Of a stretch of 64,000 nucleotides of DNA, positions 17,544-28,422 are shown piece after piece (positions within the stretch are counted from its first letter, which is position 1; every line of letters starts with the position of its first letter). Origin of the DNA: Gammaproteobacteria bacterium. Lineage in GTDB: Bacteria; Pseudomonadota; Gammaproteobacteria; Eutrophobiales; Eutrophobiaceae. Location: contig JAURNY010000022.1 of the NCBI GenBank assembly GCA_030829955.1, positions 12,332 through 76,331 of the forward strand. Direction: 5' to 3'. Position numbers and translations under genes: made by a program. The notes beneath the pieces are model-generated. The model was not told the DNA's origin, did not search any database, and worked only from the letters and a program-made list of their open reading frames with translations.

Positions 17544-20198
17544 TTAACTGGACAACATTTCAGTGATCGTATTTTTTAAACATTCAAATTTAATTGGATC
17601 ACTGAGTGCATTACGGTCTTTATCTCTTATATAAAAAATATCTTCAGCACGTTCTCCAAGTGTTGAAATTTTTGCACCCAGCAAGATCACACCGCAATGT
17701 GCCATTGCGATACCAATACGTGAAAGCAAACCTGGTTTATCAATGGTAATAACTTCCATTTGTGTACGATTATTTTTTTCATCCTGTGTGAATATCACCT
17801 GAGTAGGCACATTGAAACTTTTTAATTGTCGATTTGGAACCCAATTACTAAAAGTGGGAGCCGAATTTGAATTTTGGAGTATATTTAGTATGCGTTGTTG
17901 AATTTCCTGCTCTCGCTCACGATTTGTAATTATTTCATTATTTTTTTGCAGAACAACATAAGTATCTAGCGTGTAATCTTTTTTGCTTGTAGTAATTTTT
18001 GCATCAAGAATATTTAAACCTAACTGATCGATAGTCTTAGTAGTTTCAGCAAAAATATAATCACGGTTTTTCATATAAGTAAAAATCAAACTTCCTCCAC
18101 GAGCAGATTTTTTTTTAACCAGAACAAGAGGTTTACCTGATTTATTATGTTTAATTATTGCTTCGGTGTGCCAGACAATTTCTTCTTTGCTATGACGTAG
18201 AAAATATTCCTGAGTAAATGTTTTCCACAGGTCATTAATAATAATTTCTTTAATGCCTTTATCTTCCAGTTCCATTATTGCCTCATATTTAAGATCTTTA
18301 ACTCTGGTTGTGGGGTGTAGAGGCTTTTGGTGACCAAGACGAATTAGTCTCAATGTGCGTCGATATAGGTTACTTAGTAATGTGCCTTTCCAACTGTTCC
18401 ATAATTCAGGATTTGTTGCGCAAATGTCAGCAACTGTTAAAACATATAAATAATTCAGGCGTGATTCATCTATGACCTTTCCCGAAAACCGACTAATGGT
18501 TTCAGGATCATCTATATCCTCTCGTTGTGCAGTTTTTGACATAAGCAAATGATTCTCAACCAGCCAACAAACAAGTTTTGAATCGTAGTCGCTTAGACCA
18601 TGAGCAATACAGAAATCTATAGCATCCTTGCCCCCCAGTTTTGAATGATCACCACCTCTGCCTTTGGCAATATCATGAAACAATCCGGATATATAGAGTA
18701 ACTCCTGTTTAGGTAGCCGCTTATTTACAATTTCATAACATAATGGATAGTTGTCCTCCACTTCATCAAGACCAAAGCGGCGCATATTTTTAATTACCAT
18801 CAAGGTATGTTCATCGACAGTGTAAATATGAAACATATCGAATTGCATTAATCCTTCAATTTTGGCAAAGGCAGGGAGATAAGCTCCTAATACACCATAT
18901 CTATGCATCAATCTTAGTTTATGACCTACTTTATTTGGGTGTTTAATGATCTCCATAAACAAACTTCGATTTCGTATATCATGGCGAAAACGATTATTAA
19001 TTAAATCAAGATTATCCCGTATAGCACGAATCGTGCTTGCTCTAACGCCTTTGATTTTTGGATTTTGTTGCAAGACTAAAAATAACTCGAGCAATGCAAA
19101 AGGGTATTGTATAAAAACATTTTTATTTTTAATTTCCGCATAATCATTTCTGGTCTGAAAACGTTGATTAATTGGAACAATCTTGTCTTTACGTTTCTTA
19201 AAGATGATGATTTCTTCGAAGTGCTGTAGCAACATATCATTAAGGCGGCTAATGTCACGAATAGTGATAAAAAAGAGTTTCATAAACTCTTCAATGCCCT
19301 TGTTGTTTTCCCCGTTAAAGCCTAGTTTCTCGGAAACACCGCGTTGATATTCAAACAACAGACGATCTTCTCTTCTATCATTAAGCATGTGCAGGGCAAA
19401 ACGAATACGCCAGAGAAAATTACGACCAGTCATTAATGTTGTGAATTCTTCTTTGGTGAGAATACGTTTTTTAACCAGCATTTTAATGTCGAGACTATTA
19501 AAATGTCGTAGTAGCACCCAAACTATCATTTGAATGTCACGTAGCCCTCCTGGAGACTCTTTTACATTTGGCTCAAGCTTATGTCCGGAGTCACTATATT
19601 TATTATGTCTTTCTTGTTTTTCAGTTAATTTGGCAGAAAAAAACTTTTTTGTAGACCAGATCTTATTTGGCGAGATTACTTTTAACATTTGTTCATAAAG
19701 CAGTTGTTCGCCGCTCAGGACCCGTGATTCCATGATATTGGTAATTACGGTTATATCGTTTTTCGCTTCGCGTTGACATTCTTTTACTGTTCTTACACTG
19801 TGTCCTACCTCTAGACCAAAATCCCAAAGAAAAACCAAAAATTTTTTTAATTGTTCTTTATGTGCTGGTTTGGTTTTAGGGTGCTCCAGAATCATTAAAT
19901 CAATATCGGAATGTAGTAATAATTCACTGCGACCATAGCCTCCAACAGCCACCAAACAAAACATTTCACAATCAATAAATAAGTCCCAAGCTTCTATTAG
20001 CAGCTGATCAACTAACCAGGATTGTTTGGCAACAATAAGTTCGATTTCTATGCCCGAATTAAAATATTCGATAAGTTGTTCAAGTCCATTTTTTAGAGCA
20101 TGTTTGAATAACGGCAAGGGAGCTTTTGCTTCTGCTAGTGCTTTTTTAAAACGGGATTTGTCCAGTAATTTAGAATTTAGGATAGATATGCTGGTCAT
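17544..20198 (-). CDS. glnD: [protein-PII] uridylyltransferase/uridylyl-removing enzyme
   Basis: 884 aa. Nucleotidyltransferase GGYGR.EL...SDIDL, HD domain (LFHDIAKGRGGDHS) and two C-terminal ACT domains. Conserved glnD-map adjacency. Confidence 0.95.
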   Translation of the reverse strand: MTSISILNSKLLDKSRFKKALAEAKAPLPLFKHALKNGLEQLIEYFNSGIEIELIVAKQSWLVDQLLIEAWDLFIDCEMFCLVAVGGYGRSELLLHSDIDLMILEHPKTKPAHKEQLKKFLVFLWDFGLEVGHSVRTVKECQREAKNDITVITNIMESRVLSGEQLLYEQMLKVISPNKIWSTKKFFSAKLTEKQERHNKYSDSGHKLEPNVKESPGGLRDIQMIVWVLLRHFNSLDIKMLVKKRILTKEEFTTLMTGRNFLWRIRFALHMLNDRREDRLLFEYQRGVSEKLGFNGENNKGIEEFMKLFFITIRDISRLNDMLLQHFEEIIIFKKRKDKIVPINQRFQTRNDYAEIKNKNVFIQYPFALLELFLVLQQNPKIKGVRASTIRAIRDNLDLINNRFRHDIRNRSLFMEIIKHPNKVGHKLRLMHRYGVLGAYLPAFAKIEGLMQFDMFHIYTVDEHTLMVIKNMRRFGLDEVEDNYPLCYEIVNKRLPKQELLYISGLFHDIAKGRGGDHSKLGGKDAIDFCIAHGLSDYDSKLVCWLVENHLLMSKTAQREDIDDPETISRFSGKVIDESRLNYLYVLTVADICATNPELWNSWKGTLLSNLYRRTLRLIRLGHQKPLHPTTRVKDLKYEAIMELEDKGIKEIIINDLWKTFTQEYFLRHSKEEIVWHTEAIIKHNKSGKPLVLVKKKSARGGSLIFTYMKNRDYIFAETTKTIDQLGLNILDAKITTSKKDYTLDTYVVLQKNNEIITNREREQEIQQRILNILQNSNSAPTFSNWVPNRQLKSFNVPTQVIFTQDEKNNRTQMEVITIDKPGLLSRIGIAMAHCGVILLGAKISTLGERAEDIFYIRDKDRNALSDPIKFECLKNTITEMLSS

Positions 20199-20200
20199 AA

Positions 20201-20968
20201 TTAAAATATTTCGTCTGACCGTTGTGTTAATACTTCATAGCCAGAATCGGTTACCAGAACAGTGTGTTCCCATTGAGCGGACAAACTGCGATCTTTTGTT
20301 ACCACTGTCCATTCGTCTGGTAATAATTTTACATGACGTTTGCCAATATTGACCATGGGCTCAATAGTAAAGGTCATGCCTTTTTCAAGTTTTAAACCGC
20401 TATTGGGTCTGCCGTAATGCAGTATTTGAGGGTCTTCATGAAAAACCCTTCCAATGCCATGACCACAATATTCACGCACAACCGAAAAGTTATTACTCTC
20501 GGCAAGCGATTGAATACAATGCCCAATGTCACCAAGCGTAATACCTGGTTTTATGAGCTTGATTGCATCTGACATACATTGATAGGTGAGTTCTACAAGT
20601 CGTTTGGCTCTAATTGTCGGTTCGCCAATATAAAACATCTTGCTGGTATCGCCGTGATATCCATCCTTAATAACGGTTACGTCTATATTAATAATGTCGC
20701 CATCCTTCAGCTTTTTGTCGCTTGGAATACCATGACAGACAACATGATTAACGGAAGTACATATTGATTTTGGGAACCCTCTGTAATTTAGTGGTGCTGG
20801 GATGGCTTGTTGATGTTCCGTGATGTAATTGTGGCAGATTTCGTCTAATTCACCTGTAGTAATGCCGGCAGTGACATATTCACTAATCATTTCCAGAACT
20901 TCTGCAGCCAGACGACCGGCAATGCGCATTTTTTCAATATCTGCAGAAGATTTAATCGTTATTGACAT
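20201..20968 (-). CDS. map: type I methionine aminopeptidase
   Basis: VCHGIP, DIINIDVT, GHGIG, FTIEP and AQWEHT metal-ligand blocks. Confidence 0.95.
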   Translation of the reverse strand: MSITIKSSADIEKMRIAGRLAAEVLEMISEYVTAGITTGELDEICHNYITEHQQAIPAPLNYRGFPKSICTSVNHVVCHGIPSDKKLKDGDIINIDVTVIKDGYHGDTSKMFYIGEPTIRAKRLVELTYQCMSDAIKLIKPGITLGDIGHCIQSLAESNNFSVVREYCGHGIGRVFHEDPQILHYGRPNSGLKLEKGMTFTIEPMVNIGKRHVKLLPDEWTVVTKDRSLSAQWEHTVLVTDSGYEVLTQRSDEIF

Positions 20969-21016
20969 ATTTTGTGGCCCGATAAAGGGAAAGGCTATTT
21001 GTTGTGGTTATTTTTC

Positions 21017-21155
21017 TATGGTATAAAGCGCACGCGTTTTACGCAAACATACTTTAAATTTTAACGTCACACGCACGCTTCAACTCTGTATGGGGTGCCT
21101 TTTCAGGTTGGTATAGAGGGAGTGCAGAGGCTTAACCCTAACAGGAGAATAACTT
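21017..21155 (+). promoter_or_regulatory. putative rpsB extended -10 promoter (TGgTATAAA at 21019-21027) and roughly 120-nt structured 5' leader
   Basis: taTGGTATAAA resembles the conserved gammaproteobacterial rpsB extended -10 element. A long untranslated leader ends in AGGAG (21143-21147). S2 autoregulation of this leader is known in E. coli; its structure was not verified here. Confidence 0.4.
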
Positions 21156-22079
21156 ATGTCTAATGTCACTATGCGTGATATGTTGGAAGCTGGCGTCCAT
21201 TTTGGACACCAAACCCGTTATTGGAACCCAAATATGGCACCATATTTATTTGGTCAGCGTAACAAAATTCACATTATCAATCTTGAAAAAACCCTACCTT
21301 TGTATGAAGAAGCTATTAACTTTGTTGGTAAAATGGCAGCAAAGAAAGGTACAGTCTTATTTGTTGGCACCAAACGCTCTGCTCAATCAATCATAGCGAA
21401 AGAGGCTGACCGATGCGGGATGCCATACATTAACAAACGCTGGTTAGGTGGAACCCTAACCAATTTCAAAACGATGAAACAATCAATAAACCGTCTCAAA
21501 GAGCTGGAAGCCATGCAAACTGATGGCAGTCTAGACAGAATCAGCAAAAAAGAAGGCTTATTACTAAAACGTGAACTTGAAAAACTGGAGGCGAGTTTAT
21601 CCGGCATCAAGGATATGAAAGGTATTCCCGACGCATTATTTATTATTGATGTTGGTTACGAAAATATTGCCGTTAGTGAAGCGAAAAAACTGGGTATTCC
21701 GGTTGTTGGAATTGTTGATAGTAACAATAGTCCAAAAGATGTTGATTACATAATTCCAGGCAATGACGATGCTATTCGTTCAATTAGTCTTTACGCTAAA
21801 GGCGCTGCAGATGCAATTCTGGATAGTAAGCAGTCCATAGCGCATTTGGGAGACTCTGGTGATAGCGATGAATTGATTGAAATTGATGAATCAGGCGTTC
21901 CAATTGAGGGTGATTCTAAACGAAAAGTTACTAAGAAAAAGACAAAGAAAAAAGTAGTACACGTAAATACAGAAAAAACAGCAGTTGCTGAGGCAGCTAC
22001 AACAAAAAAGAAAGTCGCCAAGAAAACAGCTAAAAAGAAAGTTAGCAAAGTAAGTAGTGCGGCTGATGATGCTGAGTAA
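21156..22079 (+). CDS. rpsB: 30S ribosomal protein S2 with about 65-aa acidic-then-Lys-rich C-terminal extension
   Basis: [17 protein letters not shown] start and a full S2 core. The tail is [14 protein letters not shown]...[17 protein letters not shown]. Confidence 0.95.
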   Translation: MSNVTMRDMLEAGVHFGHQTRYWNPNMAPYLFGQRNKIHIINLEKTLPLYEEAINFVGKMAAKKGTVLFVGTKRSAQSIIAKEADRCGMPYINKRWLGGTLTNFKTMKQSINRLKELEAMQTDGSLDRISKKEGLLLKRELEKLEASLSGIKDMKGIPDALFIIDVGYENIAVSEAKKLGIPVVGIVDSNNSPKDVDYIIPGNDDAIRSISLYAKGAADAILDSKQSIAHLGDSGDSDELIEIDESGVPIEGDSKRKVTKKKTKKKVVHVNTEKTAVAEAATTKKKVAKKTAKKKVSKVSSAADDAE

Positions 22080-22114
22080 TTATCTCTAAGCGTAACTACG
22101 ACGAGGAATATTTA

Positions 22115-22978
22115 ATGACAATTTCTGCTTCTTTAGTAAAAGAATTAAGAGAGCGTACCGGTGCCGGTATGATGGATTGTAAAAAGGCATTGCAGGATGC
22201 CAATGGTGATATCGAGCAAGCGATTGAAGAGATGCGTAAATCTGGTGCTGCTAAAGCAGCCAAGAAAGCGGGTCGTGTTGCTGCTGAAGGTATTATCAGG
22301 ATTGTTCAGGACGGACAGTCTGTAAACATTTGTGAAATTAATTGTGAAACCGACTTTGTTGCAAAGGATGAAAATTTCAACGCGTTTGCACAAAAAGTAA
22401 TGAGTGCTTTAGCTGCAAATGAAGTCGCTAATGTTGATGAATTGATGTCAGCAGATGGTTCAGTACTTGAATCAGCTATTCAAGAGTTGATTTCCAAGAT
22501 TGGTGAAAAGATCAGTGTGCGACGTTTTACTAAGGCAACGCTAGATAATAATGTAGGCGTTTATCAACATGGTGACCGAATCGGTGTAGTTGTTGATTTG
22601 GAAGGAGGTGATGACACGTTGGCGAAAGATATTGCAATGCATATTGCTGCCAGTAAGCCTGTTTGTGTCGATGAAAGTGAAGTCCCAGCTGAATTGCTCG
22701 AGAAGGAGAAAGATATCTTTATAGCTCAGGCGCAGGAAAGCGGTAAGCCAGCAGATATTATCGAAAAGATGGTCGCGGGTAGAATGCAAAAATATTTGAA
22801 AGAAATCACCTTGCTTGGGCAGCCTTTCGTCAAAGACCCTGACCAAACAGTTGAAAAATTACTAAAATCAGCGAATGCAAAAGTAACATCTTTTATACGC
22901 TATGAAGTCGGTGAAGGTATCGAGAAGAAAGTTGATAATTTTGCCGAAGAAGTTATGGCGCAGGCGAAAGGAGAGTAA
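22115..22978 (+). CDS. tsf: elongation factor Ts
   Basis: [23 protein letters not shown]-like N-terminus. Conserved position after rpsB. Confidence 0.95.
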   Translation: MTISASLVKELRERTGAGMMDCKKALQDANGDIEQAIEEMRKSGAAKAAKKAGRVAAEGIIRIVQDGQSVNICEINCETDFVAKDENFNAFAQKVMSALAANEVANVDELMSADGSVLESAIQELISKIGEKISVRRFTKATLDNNVGVYQHGDRIGVVVDLEGGDDTLAKDIAMHIAASKPVCVDESEVPAELLEKEKDIFIAQAQESGKPADIIEKMVAGRMQKYLKEITLLGQPFVKDPDQTVEKLLKSANAKVTSFIRYEVGEGIEKKVDNFAEEVMAQAKGE

Positions 22979-22981
22979 TTC

Positions 22982-23710
22982 ATGTCAGACCCGTCAAATA
23001 GAATTACTTTTAGACGGGTTTTGATCAAACTCAGTGGTGAAGCATTAATGGGTGCTGAGCCATATGGCATTGATCCGATAATTATTGGTCGTCTTGCCAA
23101 CGAAATCAATGAACTAAGGCAACACGGTGTAGAGATTGCGATTGTCATTGGTGGAGGCAATATCTTTCGTGGCGCAGGTCTTGCTGCAGGTGGCATTGAT
23201 CGAGTAACCGCTGATCATATGGGTATGATGGCAACCATCATGAATGCACTGGCATTACAGGACGCAATGGAACGGATAGGTATACATGCTCGTGTGATGT
23301 CAGCTATTAAAATCAATCAGATTTGTGAAGATTATATACGTCGTCGTGCTATTAGGCACCTGGAGAAAAACCGGGTTGTTATTTTTGCTGCAGGCACAGG
23401 TAATCCATTTTTCACTACTGATTCAGCTGCCAGTTTACGTGCTATAGAAATTGGTGCTGAATTATTGATAAAAGCGACCAAAGTCGATGGTGTGTATTCT
23501 GCTGATCCTGTAAAAGATTCTTCAGCAAAACGATTTGATCAACTGAGTTATGACAAAGTAATTGAACAAAAACTGGGCGTAATGGATACCACAGCCGTGG
23601 TATTATGCCGCGATAACAATATGCCATTGCGAGTGTTGGATATGATGAAGCCTGGTGCTTTGTTAAAGGCCGCGCAAGGCGAAGACGAAGGCACACTAGT
23701 CACAATATAA
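22982..23710 (+). CDS. pyrH: UMP kinase
   Basis: [35 protein letters not shown]. Confidence 0.95.
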   Translation: MSDPSNRITFRRVLIKLSGEALMGAEPYGIDPIIIGRLANEINELRQHGVEIAIVIGGGNIFRGAGLAAGGIDRVTADHMGMMATIMNALALQDAMERIGIHARVMSAIKINQICEDYIRRRAIRHLEKNRVVIFAAGTGNPFFTTDSAASLRAIEIGAELLIKATKVDGVYSADPVKDSSAKRFDQLSYDKVIEQKLGVMDTTAVVLCRDNNMPLRVLDMMKPGALLKAAQGEDEGTLVTI

Positions 23711-23731
23711 TCAGGATTCAGGAGCGAGTAA

Positions 23732-24289
23732 ATGATTAACGATATTCTTAAGGATGCGAAAAGTCGCATGCAAAAAAGTATTGAGGCCCTGAGTGCTGAA
23801 ATGGCCAAAATCAGAACCGGGCGCGCGCACCCAAGTCTGCTAGAACACATCACAGTTAGTTATTATGGTAGTGATACACCATTACAACAACTCGCCAATG
23901 TCAATGTTGTAGATGCCAGAACGCTTGGCATCATGGCTTATGATAAAGGCAGTATCTCCGATATTGAAAAGGCAATCATGAACGCCAATCTTGGGCTGAA
24001 TCCGGTGACTGCGGGAGAAGTGATCAGAGTGCCATTACCTCCGTTAACAGAAGAGCGTCGCAAAGATCTTATCAAGATTGTTAAAGGTGAGGCAGAAATG
24101 GCGCGAGTTGCGATTAGAAATATTCGCCGTGATGCAATTACTTCATGTAAGGAATTGGTTAAGGAAAAAATGATTACTGAAGATGAAGAGCGTAAAGCAG
24201 AAGAAGATATTCAAAAAATGACTGATCAACAGATTGCAGTAATAGATAAAAATCTGGGGCATAAAGAAGCAGAAATGCTCGAGATTTAA
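23732..24289 (+). CDS. frr: ribosome recycling factor
   Basis: 185 aa with [11 protein letters not shown] and [10 protein letters not shown] motifs. Confidence 0.95.
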   Translation: MINDILKDAKSRMQKSIEALSAEMAKIRTGRAHPSLLEHITVSYYGSDTPLQQLANVNVVDARTLGIMAYDKGSISDIEKAIMNANLGLNPVTAGEVIRVPLPPLTEERRKDLIKIVKGEAEMARVAIRNIRRDAITSCKELVKEKMITEDEERKAEEDIQKMTDQQIAVIDKNLGHKEAEMLEI

Positions 24290-24318
24290 TTGTCACCACT
24301 CTTGGGGGTTTTTCCATT

Positions 24319-25044
24319 ATGGTGAATACTTCAATACATTATCTTCAACATGTTGCCATCATTATGGATGGTAATGGACGCTGGGCAAAAAAACGTAATC
24401 TTCCAAGAGTTGCCGGGCACACTGCCGGAATAAAAACCTTACGTAAACTTATCGAATATGCAGTTCAACTTAAGCTTAATGCATTAACTGTTTTTGCATT
24501 TAGTACTGAAAACTGGCAACGACCAAAGCAGGAAGTCAGTAAATTAATGGAATTATTTATGTCTGCCTTGCAAACCGAGGTGGATGATTTACATGCTAAT
24601 AATGTTTGTTTACGAATCGTCGGTGATAAACAGTCATTTAATTCTTCTTTACAAAATGCAATTGGAGAAGCTGAGGCATTAACCATAAATAATGATGGTC
24701 TTCAATTAAATATTGCGATGAACTACAGTGGGCGTTGGGATATTTTGCAAGCTTGTCGTGCGTTAGTGAAAGAAGGACAACAGGATATTGATGAAGCTGA
24801 TATTGCGGCGCGTTTGTGTTTTTCTAAATATTCTGATCCGGACTTGTTTATTCGTACAGGTGGCGAACAGCGCATTAGTAATTATCTTTTATGGCAGCTT
24901 GCTTATACTGAACTCTATTTTACTAACACGCTTTGGCCGGACTTTGATTCTGAACAGTTTAACCATGCATTGAACTGGTTTTCATCCCGTGAACGTCGTT
25001 TTGGCAAGACATCTGAGCAAATAATCGAATTGAGTGGTGATTGA
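24319..25044 (+). CDS. uppS: di-trans,poly-cis-undecaprenyl-diphosphate synthase
   Basis: HVAIIMDGNGRWA, FAFSTENW.RP, IRTGGEQRISN.LLWQ.AY.E. Confidence 0.95.
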   Translation: MVNTSIHYLQHVAIIMDGNGRWAKKRNLPRVAGHTAGIKTLRKLIEYAVQLKLNALTVFAFSTENWQRPKQEVSKLMELFMSALQTEVDDLHANNVCLRIVGDKQSFNSSLQNAIGEAEALTINNDGLQLNIAMNYSGRWDILQACRALVKEGQQDIDEADIAARLCFSKYSDPDLFIRTGGEQRISNYLLWQLAYTELYFTNTLWPDFDSEQFNHALNWFSSRERRFGKTSEQIIELSGD

Positions 25045-25046
25045 GG

Positions 25047-25850
25047 ATGTTAAAACAGCGCATCATCACGGCTTTGTTTTTAATTCCCATCGTTTTATGG
25101 ACTATTTTTGCCTCAAATGAACATTATTTTGCCGGGTTAATGGCATTGATTATTGTGCTGGCAGCAATGGAATGGGGCAGATTAATAAAACTAACCTCAA
25201 TAGCGTATTACGCTTATGCCTCAATTAATCTGTTAATTATCGTAATGGTTTACATATTAGATGCAATATGGGTACATCAGGTATTGTTAATATCTTCATG
25301 TTTATTCTGGACAGCAGCTATTGGAATAGTAATAGCCTATCAAAAGCAAAAGATGCGATTGCCAAAATCAAAGTGGACATTAATGCTCCTTGGGCAATTA
25401 TTGCTTGTGTCGGCCTGGGATAGTCTTTACTACCTTAAAATGCAGGAATCTGCTGTCGCGTTATTGTTTTTAATGTTACTAATTTGGTCGGCAGATAGTG
25501 GGGCTTATTTTGCCGGTAAGGCTTTTGGTAAAAATAAATTCGCTAGTAATGTCAGCCCGGGTAAGACATGGGAAGGTATTTATGGTGGTTTAGTCGCCGC
25601 ACTAATTGTTGGTTTGGTCTATGTTATGGTGATGTCTGAAAATATATATGCAGTTTTTTTCTTCACTATTGTGACTGTTATTTTTTCAATCACTGGCGAT
25701 TTATTCGAAAGTATTCTGAAACGTGAGGTTGATATTAAGGATAGCGGCAATATTCTTCCAGGACACGGTGGAGTATTGGATCGTATAGATAGCTTAATCG
25801 CTGCCAGTCCTGTCTTTGCACTGGCGAATTTGATGATGGTAAATATTTAA
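25047..25850 (+). CDS. cdsA: phosphatidate cytidylyltransferase
   Basis: Multi-TM protein with C-terminal signature [31 protein letters not shown] at 25047; the track start at 25041 is a TTG. Confidence 0.9.
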   Translation: MLKQRIITALFLIPIVLWTIFASNEHYFAGLMALIIVLAAMEWGRLIKLTSIAYYAYASINLLIIVMVYILDAIWVHQVLLISSCLFWTAAIGIVIAYQKQKMRLPKSKWTLMLLGQLLLVSAWDSLYYLKMQESAVALLFLMLLIWSADSGAYFAGKAFGKNKFASNVSPGKTWEGIYGGLVAALIVGLVYVMVMSENIYAVFFFTIVTVIFSITGDLFESILKREVDIKDSGNILPGHGGVLDRIDSLIAASPVFALANLMMVNI

Positions 25851-27031
25851 TGAAAAATATCACAGTACTTGGTTCGACAGGCAGTATTGGTATAAATACG
25901 CTTGAAGTGATTCAACATCATCCGGACAAATTTCGTGCATTTGCATTAACTGCAAATAGCAATGTTGCACAAATGACAGAGCAATGTATTAAGTACAAGC
26001 CGGAATTTGCTGTGATGGCAGATGAACAGTCGGCAACTTCACTTGCGAATGCTATCAAACAGGATGCGCCTGATGTGAAAGTGTTGTCTGGAACTGACGC
26101 ATTGTGTGAAGTTGCCAGTCATATTGAAGTTGATCAAGTAATGGCGGCTATTGTTGGAGCAGCAGGATTGTTGCCAACATTGGCAGCTGCCCAAAAAGGT
26201 AAACGCATTTTGTTGGCTAATAAAGAATCTCTCGTGATGTCTGGTCGAATTTTTATGGATACTGTTAGTCAAAATAATGCCGAATTATTACCTATTGATA
26301 GTGAGCACAATGCTATTTTTCAAAGTATGCCAATGAATTTTGCTAATGGTCTGGATCAGGTTGGTGTAGATAAAATATTACTAACGGCGTCCGGTGGTCC
26401 TTTTAGAACAACACCATTAGATGAATTAGTAAATATGACCCCCGAGCAGGCTTGTAAGCACCCTAATTGGGTCATGGGGAGAAAAATTTCCGTAGATTCA
26501 GCGACGATGATGAATAAAGGACTTGAAGTGATTGAAGCCTGTTGGTTATTTCATTCTTCACCCGATATTATCGATGTGGTTATTCATCCTCAAAGTGTCA
26601 TTCATTCTTTGGTTAGTTATATCGATGGTTCTGTATTAGCTCAATTAGGCAATCCTGATATGAGAACGCCAATCGCCTATGGTATGAGTTGGCCAGATCG
26701 TATTGAGTCCGGAGTGAAAAGACTTGATCTGTTTGATATTGCATCACTTTATTTTGAAGCTCCCGATGAAGCGCGGTTTCCATGTTTAAAATTAGCTAAA
26801 GAAGCCATGCAGGCAGGTGGTACTAATGGTGCAATCCTGAATGCGGCTAATGAGGTTGCAGTTAGTAAATTCTTAAATCAGCAAATACGTTTTACTGATA
26901 TTGCTAAAGTAATTGAGCAAGTATTGGAAATCATGACAGCAAAAGAAGCTGATAGTCTGGAAAATATATTGGAAGATGACCAGCTGGCAAGACAGTGTGC
27001 CAGTGAAGTTATTAGGAAACTTGCTGCGTGA
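25850..27031 (+). CDS. dxr: 1-deoxy-D-xylulose-5-phosphate reductoisomerase
   Basis: [45 protein letters not shown]. Confidence 0.95.
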   Translation: MKNITVLGSTGSIGINTLEVIQHHPDKFRAFALTANSNVAQMTEQCIKYKPEFAVMADEQSATSLANAIKQDAPDVKVLSGTDALCEVASHIEVDQVMAAIVGAAGLLPTLAAAQKGKRILLANKESLVMSGRIFMDTVSQNNAELLPIDSEHNAIFQSMPMNFANGLDQVGVDKILLTASGGPFRTTPLDELVNMTPEQACKHPNWVMGRKISVDSATMMNKGLEVIEACWLFHSSPDIIDVVIHPQSVIHSLVSYIDGSVLAQLGNPDMRTPIAYGMSWPDRIESGVKRLDLFDIASLYFEAPDEARFPCLKLAKEAMQAGGTNGAILNAANEVAVSKFLNQQIRFTDIAKVIEQVLEIMTAKEADSLENILEDDQLARQCASEVIRKLAA

Positions 27032-28395
27032 TAGGATTTATACAATCATTACTTGCCTTTGTCGTCGCACTTGGCGCGCTGATTACGTTTCATGAGTATG
27101 GCCACTACTGGGTGGCAAAAAAATTTAATGTAAAAATATTAAGGTTTTCTGTGGGCTTTGGTCGTCCCTTATATAAGAAATTATTTGGCACAGACAATAC
27201 CGAATTTATCATTGCTGCTTTGCCTTTGGGTGGTTATGTAAAGATGTTGGATGAGCGAGAAGGAGAAGTTAAAGCAGAGGACAAGCATCGAGAATTCTGT
27301 CAAAAACCTATCTGGCAACGTTTTTTAATTGTAGTAGCAGGGCCAATATTTAACTTTATTTTTGCAATTGTTGCCTATTGGTGTGTTTTTATTATTGGTA
27401 TTTATGGTCTTAAGCCTTACATAGGGGAAATTGAAGTAAACTCTATTAGTGAAAGAGCCGGAGTAGTTCAAGGACAACAAATAGTTTCGGTCGATGGGAT
27501 AATTACACCGTCATGGTCTGCAGTCATTGACCGATTGGTTGAGCATGCGGTTAACGCAGAGAAAATAGAATTGGGGGTTGTTGATAATGACGGTGTTAAA
27601 AAAATAATATCTTTTGATCTATCAACTATATCAATTGATGACATGGCTGAAGGAAAGTTATTAGAAACACTTGGATTGTCTGTTATCGAGTTTAAGTTGC
27701 CGGCAGTTATTGGGCAGATTATTGCCGAAGGCGCAGCTGAAAGAGCAGGTTTGTTAAAAGGCGACAAGATTATTTCTGTAAATAATGTAGAGATTACGCG
27801 CTGGGGAGAATGGGTGGATGTTGTTAGAGATAATCCTTTGCGGTCTCTAAGTGTGAAAATACAAAGAAATGACGTTCTGCAAACAATCAACATTACTCCG
27901 GAAAATGTTGAACGGGATGGTGAAATGATTGGCCGGATCGGTGCTGCCCCGGAGCCAGTATCAGGGATGTTTGATAAATATTTTACTCGTGAAAGTTATT
28001 CCGTTATTGATGCAAGTATCAAGGCAGTAGAAAAAACTTGGGACATGTCGATATTAACCTTGCAAATATTAGGGAAAATGATCATTGGTGAGGCGTCGGT
28101 TAAAAACCTGAGTGGTCCGATCAGCATCGCGCAATATGCAGGCCAATCAGCATCGATAGGAATTGTTCCATTTTTAATGTTTATGGCTATGGTTAGTGTT
28201 AGTTTAGGTGTGTTAAATTTATTGCCGATTCCGGTATTAGATGGTGGTCATTTATTCTATTACATTATAGAGTTCATACTTGGTAAACCTGTGTCTGCAT
28301 CGGTTCAGATTTGGGGGCAGCAATTTGGAATCGTTATATTGTTAAGCCTTATGGGTATCGCTTTGTATAATGACCTGACACGTTTGTTTGGATAA
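27028..28395 (+). CDS. rseP: RIP site-2 zinc metalloprotease RseP
   Basis: GTG start overlapping the dxr stop. HEYGHYWVA HExxH motif, two PDZ regions, [12 protein letters not shown]. Confidence 0.95.
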   Translation: MIGFIQSLLAFVVALGALITFHEYGHYWVAKKFNVKILRFSVGFGRPLYKKLFGTDNTEFIIAALPLGGYVKMLDEREGEVKAEDKHREFCQKPIWQRFLIVVAGPIFNFIFAIVAYWCVFIIGIYGLKPYIGEIEVNSISERAGVVQGQQIVSVDGIITPSWSAVIDRLVEHAVNAEKIELGVVDNDGVKKIISFDLSTISIDDMAEGKLLETLGLSVIEFKLPAVIGQIIAEGAAERAGLLKGDKIISVNNVEITRWGEWVDVVRDNPLRSLSVKIQRNDVLQTINITPENVERDGEMIGRIGAAPEPVSGMFDKYFTRESYSVIDASIKAVEKTWDMSILTLQILGKMIIGEASVKNLSGPISIAQYAGQSASIGIVPFLMFMAMVSVSLGVLNLLPIPVLDGGHLFYYIIEFILGKPVSASVQIWGQQFGIVILLSLMGIALYNDLTRLFG

Positions 28396-28422
28396 ATTAT
28401 AAATATAAATAAAATCAAAAAG

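Noticed and set aside
24319-27031. Gene order uppS-cdsA-dxr instead of E. coli's dxr-uppS-cdsA
   Set aside because: This is a simple local permutation within a conserved operon, common among Gammaproteobacteria, with no sign of insertion or a mobile element.
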